This document shows, one piece after another, positions 54,153 through 57,561 of a stretch of 57,561 nt of DNA. The stretch's first letter is position 1, and every line of letters begins with the position of its first letter. The notes under the pieces were generated by a model, which had not been told where the DNA came from, did no database searches, and was given only the letters and a program-made list of their open reading frames with translations. The position numbers and the translations under genes were made by a program. Source of the DNA: Candidatus Omnitrophota bacterium (lineage in GTDB: Bacteria > Omnitrophota > Gorgyraeia > Duberdicusellales > 4484-171); the NCBI GenBank assembly GCA_020343495.1, contig CP070797.1:78124-135684 (forward strand), written 5' to 3'.

Positions 54153-55052
54153 CTATTTATAAAGATTACAAAACGCAAAATGGCCAGCTTCGGCTTCTTT
54201 TTTTATTACCCCTTTCTTACACTCAGCTCTTCTCTGAGAACACCGCGGCAGGAAAGCACACCCGGCTTCGGGTATCTCTGAATCCGGTAAAGATTTCAAC
54301 TGCAGTAAAGATGCTTCTTTCAGGAGCTTGGTGTAAGGATGCAAAGGCTTATTATAAACTAAATCCGTAGGCCCTGCTTCTACGATTTTGCCGTAATACA
54401 TAATAAAACAAAATTGAGAAATCCTCTTTATCAGCTTAAGGTTATGGGAAATAAAAAGAAAGGTTATTGCTTTATCCTGCTGCAGCCTCTCCAGAAGCCG
54501 TATAATCTTAGAAGAGGTGGTAATGTCTAAACTGGAAGTCGGCTCGTCAAGAATAACTAAAGCTGAATGGTTAATTAAACTGCGGCCAATACAAACCCTC
54601 TGAATCTGGCCGCCGCTTAACTGATGAGGATACCTATACAAAACATCTTCATTCAACTCAACGTCTCTTAAAATCTGATTAATAAAGAACTTTGATTCTC
54701 TTTTCTTCATCCTTTTAAAAACACCTAAAGTTTCATATAGAGAAGCAAACACCGTATAGCGGGGGTCAAGGCTTAAAAAGGGGTTTTGAAAAACAATTTG
54801 AATGTTTTTTCTGACTAAATACAGGTTTTGGTTTAAAGCTATGTCTTTTCCCTGAAAGTATATCTTTCCTGAGCAAGGCTCCTGGAACCTTAAAATTGTC
54901 CTCGCTAAAGTAGTTTTACCGCAGCCGCTTTCTCCTGCTAAGGCAGTAGTAATTCCTTTAGCCAGGAAAATATCCACTCCGTCTAAAGCTTTAACGGTTT
55001 TTTCCTTATGACGAAAATAAACTTTTAAACCCTGCGTATGTAAAAGGTTCAT
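54153..55052 (-). CDS. oppF: Oligopeptide/dipeptide ABC transporter ATPase OppF
   Basis: GESGCGKTT, LSGGQIQR and the C-terminal oligo_HPY extension (PLHPYTKLL, Cys-rich tail). Confidence 0.85.
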   Translation of the reverse strand: MNLLHTQGLKVYFRHKEKTVKALDGVDIFLAKGITTALAGESGCGKTTLARTILRFQEPCSGKIYFQGKDIALNQNLYLVRKNIQIVFQNPFLSLDPRYTVFASLYETLGVFKRMKKRESKFFINQILRDVELNEDVLYRYPHQLSGGQIQRVCIGRSLINHSALVILDEPTSSLDITTSSKIIRLLERLQQDKAITFLFISHNLKLIKRISQFCFIMYYGKIVEAGPTDLVYNKPLHPYTKLLKEASLLQLKSLPDSEIPEAGCAFLPRCSQRRAECKKGVIKKEAEAGHFAFCNLYK

Positions 55053-55059
55053 ATCTTTA

Positions 55060-55845
55060 CTATTCCAGCTCTTTGAATGACTTTATCAGGCTTACTGTAT
55101 AATTGTCTTTCGGCGAAACAAATAACTCTCTGCTTGAGGCAATTTCTCTAATCTCGCCCTGATAAAGGACAACTGCCCTGTCGCATAACGCTTTCACTAA
55201 ATCAAGGTTGTGAGTAATAAAAATAATCGTAAGGTTAAAAGAATCCCGTAAATCCCTGAACAAATTTATAATCTGGCTTTCTATGGTAACGTCTAAGGAG
55301 CTGGTCGGCTCATCAGCAATTAAAACCGCCGGCTTCAAAGAAATCGCCATGGCAATAGAAGCTCTCTGCAGCTGGCCGCCGCTTAACTGATGGGGGTAAC
55401 TTCTCATTATACGGGTATAATCTGCGAGCCTTACCTTATTAAAAGAGTCGGTAATAATCTTTCTTCTATCATCTTTTCTTTTTATGCCTGCCCTTTTATC
55501 CAGAATTTCCTCAAACTGATACCCTATGCTTAACACCGGGTTAAACGTAGCTGCCGGCTCCTGAAATATCATGCTTACCTGGCGTCCTCTTAGTTTTTCC
55601 AGCTCCCCTCTCTTTAAAGACAGAATATCTTCATTATTAAACAATATCCGGCCTGTCTTCTTAGAGTCAGAAGGCAGAAGATTTAAAAACGCGTATGCCA
55701 ACGTGCTTTTACCGCTGCCGGATTCACCGACAACACCTAAAATTTCTCCTTTGCCGACGCAGAAACTAATCTCTCTTAACGCCTGCACTTCTTTTATGCC
55801 GGTATAAGTAACGTTTAAGTTTTTTACCTCTATTATACCTTCCAT
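55060..55845 (-). CDS. oppD: Oligopeptide/dipeptide ABC transporter ATPase OppD (no C-terminal extension)
   Basis: GESGSGKST, LSGGQLQR and IADEPTSSLD motifs. Confidence 0.85.
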   Translation of the reverse strand: MEGIIEVKNLNVTYTGIKEVQALREISFCVGKGEILGVVGESGSGKSTLAYAFLNLLPSDSKKTGRILFNNEDILSLKRGELEKLRGRQVSMIFQEPAATFNPVLSIGYQFEEILDKRAGIKRKDDRRKIITDSFNKVRLADYTRIMRSYPHQLSGGQLQRASIAMAISLKPAVLIADEPTSSLDVTIESQIINLFRDLRDSFNLTIIFITHNLDLVKALCDRAVVLYQGEIREIASSRELFVSPKDNYTVSLIKSFKELE

Positions 55846-55848
55846 TGA

Positions 55849-56898
55849 TTAAAGTATTTTTCTCTTGGGGTCTAAGAAATCTCTTAACGTCTCCCCTATC
55901 ACGTTAAAACACACAACTGTTACTAAAATAAATAAGCCGGGAGTAAGTATCCAGGGGTACAGCCGGATGTTTACTATACCCATAGCGCTTGACAACAAGT
56001 TACCCCAGCTTGCCTGCGGTTCCTGAATGCCTAACCCCAGCAGGCTTAATGCTGCTTCGCCTAAAATGTAAGAAGGAATACTTAACACAATCGCAACCAA
56101 GGCATAGGAAAAAGTGTGAGGCAGAATATGGCGGACAATTATTTTAAAATGGCCCAGGCCTGCGGCTTTAGCAGCGTAAATAAACTCGTTTTCTCTTAAT
56201 GAGATAGCCATTCCCCGTATAATACGGGCAGTTGAAGCCCAGCCGATGAAAGAAAGAATCACAACAATTAAAAGATACACCTGCGACGAACTCAAATTAG
56301 GAGGAAACGACGCCCTTAAAGCTAACATAAGGTAAAACGAAGGGACCATCATCACCATCTCACATAACCGCATCAACAAATTATCAACTCTGCCCCCGAA
56401 ATACCCTGAAGCTCCGCCCACAAGCAAACCAATGAAAAAGGAAATGCTTGCGCCAATTAACCCGATAGATAAGGATATGCGGCCTCCGTAAAGAATACGC
56501 GAAAAAATGTCTCTTCCCTTTAAGTCTGCGCCTAAAAGAAAAACTTTGCCTTCTTCTGCGCCAAACAAATGGCGCTCAAATTCCCATAACCCTAAAATTT
56601 TGTATTTAAACCCTCTGGTAAAAAACTTAATCCGGTAACTTTTAGTCTTATCTTCGCGATAAATGCGGCGGTAATACTTATCAACGGTAACTGTGCGGCC
56701 GTAAATATAAGGCGTAATCTTTCTATCTTTAACATCAACCCAATGAATTCTTGTCGGCGGGCAGTAAGAATTAAGCACATCATCCTCATCGTAAGGGTAA
56801 GGAGAAAAAAATGGCGCAAAGATTACTGACAAATATAACAGCCCTAACCCCACTAACGCGCTAATTCCTAACTTACTTCTCATAACGAATTCTGGCAT
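55849..56898 (-). CDS. oppC: Oligopeptide ABC permease OppC
   Basis: BPD_transp_1 EAA-like loop (AAKAAGLGHFKIIVRHILP) and an OppC_N-type N-terminus. The start is ambiguous: ATG at 56898 or 56883, while the track start at 56925 is a TTG. Confidence 0.85.
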   Translation of the reverse strand: MPEFVMRSKLGISALVGLGLLYLSVIFAPFFSPYPYDEDDVLNSYCPPTRIHWVDVKDRKITPYIYGRTVTVDKYYRRIYREDKTKSYRIKFFTRGFKYKILGLWEFERHLFGAEEGKVFLLGADLKGRDIFSRILYGGRISLSIGLIGASISFFIGLLVGGASGYFGGRVDNLLMRLCEMVMMVPSFYLMLALRASFPPNLSSSQVYLLIVVILSFIGWASTARIIRGMAISLRENEFIYAAKAAGLGHFKIIVRHILPHTFSYALVAIVLSIPSYILGEAALSLLGLGIQEPQASWGNLLSSAMGIVNIRLYPWILTPGLFILVTVVCFNVIGETLRDFLDPKRKIL

Positions 56899-57561
56899 CA
56901 AAATACGCCAGCAGAATATCAGCAACTAAATTCCCTATAATAAGAAACGCTCCCCCCACTAAAACCGAACCCATAACCAGGTATAAATCCTGCGACCGCA
57001 CAGCTTCTAAGGTTACCATGCCTAACCCGGGCCAGCCTATGATAATCTCAACTAACGCTGCCCCGCTGAGAAGGGATGAGAACTGGTACCCGAAAATAGT
57101 AATCATCGGGTTTAAAGCGTTCTTTAAAGCGTGGATGTAAAGGATTCTTCTATTTGACAAGCCTCTTGCTTTTGCTCCTAAAATATAGGAAGACCCCAGC
57201 ACTTCAAGAAGGTTTGCCCTCATAATCCTTTGTAAAACACAAATGCTTCCTATGGAAAGGACTATCGTAGGGATAATTAAGTGCCGGCCCAAATCAAAAA
57301 CTTTACCCCACAACGAAAACTCATCAAACCTGATAGAACGCATTCCTCCTAACGGCAGCCATCCGGTAAATGTGGCAAGATAAAGAAATATAAACGCCAA
57401 AAAAAATGTCGGCATAGATATGCCTATATAGGAGGTAAATGACAGAATTCTATCAATAAACTTATTGCGGTTTAAAGCAGCAACCACCCCTAACGGGATA
57501 ACAAATATCCAGGTAAAAATAAGAGATGATAAAGAGAGGATAAACGTATTTAAAGCGCGGC
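56873..57561 (-). CDS. oppB: Oligopeptide ABC permease OppB (5'-truncated by the window edge)
   Basis: The frame stays open upstream of the track's GTG start all the way to the window end (...RALNTFILSLSSLIFTWIFVIPLGVVAALNRNK). It also carries the EAA loop AKARGLSNRRILYIHALKNA. Confidence 0.85.
   Translation of the reverse strand, partial: RALNTFILSLSSLIFTWIFVIPLGVVAALNRNKFIDRILSFTSYIGISMPTFFLAFIFLYLATFTGWLPLGGMRSIRFDEFSLWGKVFDLGRHLIIPTIVLSIGSICVLQRIMRANLLEVLGSSYILGAKARGLSNRRILYIHALKNALNPMITIFGYQFSSLLSGAALVEIIIGWPGLGMVTLEAVRSQDLYLVMGSVLVGGAFLIIGNLVADILLAYFDARIRYEK

Noticed and set aside
1-57561. Scan for CRISPR arrays, tRNA/rRNA/tmRNA genes, IS elements, integrases, toxin-antitoxin pairs and known defence genes.
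   Set aside because: No intergenic region longer than about 370 nt exists, and none shows repeat-spacer periodicity or cloverleaf potential. No ORF shows DDE, tyrosine/serine recombinase or typical defence-system motifs. The only PIN domain is the conserved membrane YacL-type housekeeping protein.

Overview
This is a 57.6-kb, AT-rich, very gene-dense chromosomal segment with about 57 CDS. All but three (comF, lptF, lptG) lie on the minus strand, and many neighbours overlap by 1-20 nt. The host is a diderm bacterium, because LptFG, LolCDE-type, MlaFED and a secretin are all present. Gene content and order suggest an uncultivated candidate-phylum lineage, which is inference only. I saw no rRNA, tRNA, CRISPR array, transposase, integrase or phage genes. 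Most of the window is housekeeping:
- aminoacyl-tRNA synthetases metG, cysS and lysS
- ispDF, tmk, holB, radA and clpC-mcsAB
- tsaBE, thiL, alr and nadA
- a split metH and the Opp, Lol, Mla and Lpt transporters

The accessory-looking part is a complete type II secretion cluster (13.8-24.2 kb). Next to it sits a separately promoted 1081-aa secreted protein with glycoside-hydrolase, cadherin-like and IPT domains. The best non-coding signal is a candidate c-di-GMP-I (GEMM-I) riboswitch on the minus strand at about 111-321. It has its own promoter and a terminator/antiterminator, and it controls a signal-peptide gene that runs off the left edge. I did not find a convincing wholly new multi-gene system such as a defence island. 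The best candidates for unexplored biology are:
- the riboswitch together with an MshEN-like T2SS ATPase
- the atypical T2SS (secretin tail, TonB_C-like rider)
- a translationally coupled ATP-grasp/HExxH pair
- a cluster of Fe-S/sulfide-type sulfur-transfer enzymes
- a split MetH with a small 4-Cys protein
- a mini TamB-like protein inside the Mla operon

All functional calls rest on motifs read by eye. No database search was run. The ORF track uses ATG/GTG/TTG starts, and I moved several starts to ATG/SD-supported positions.
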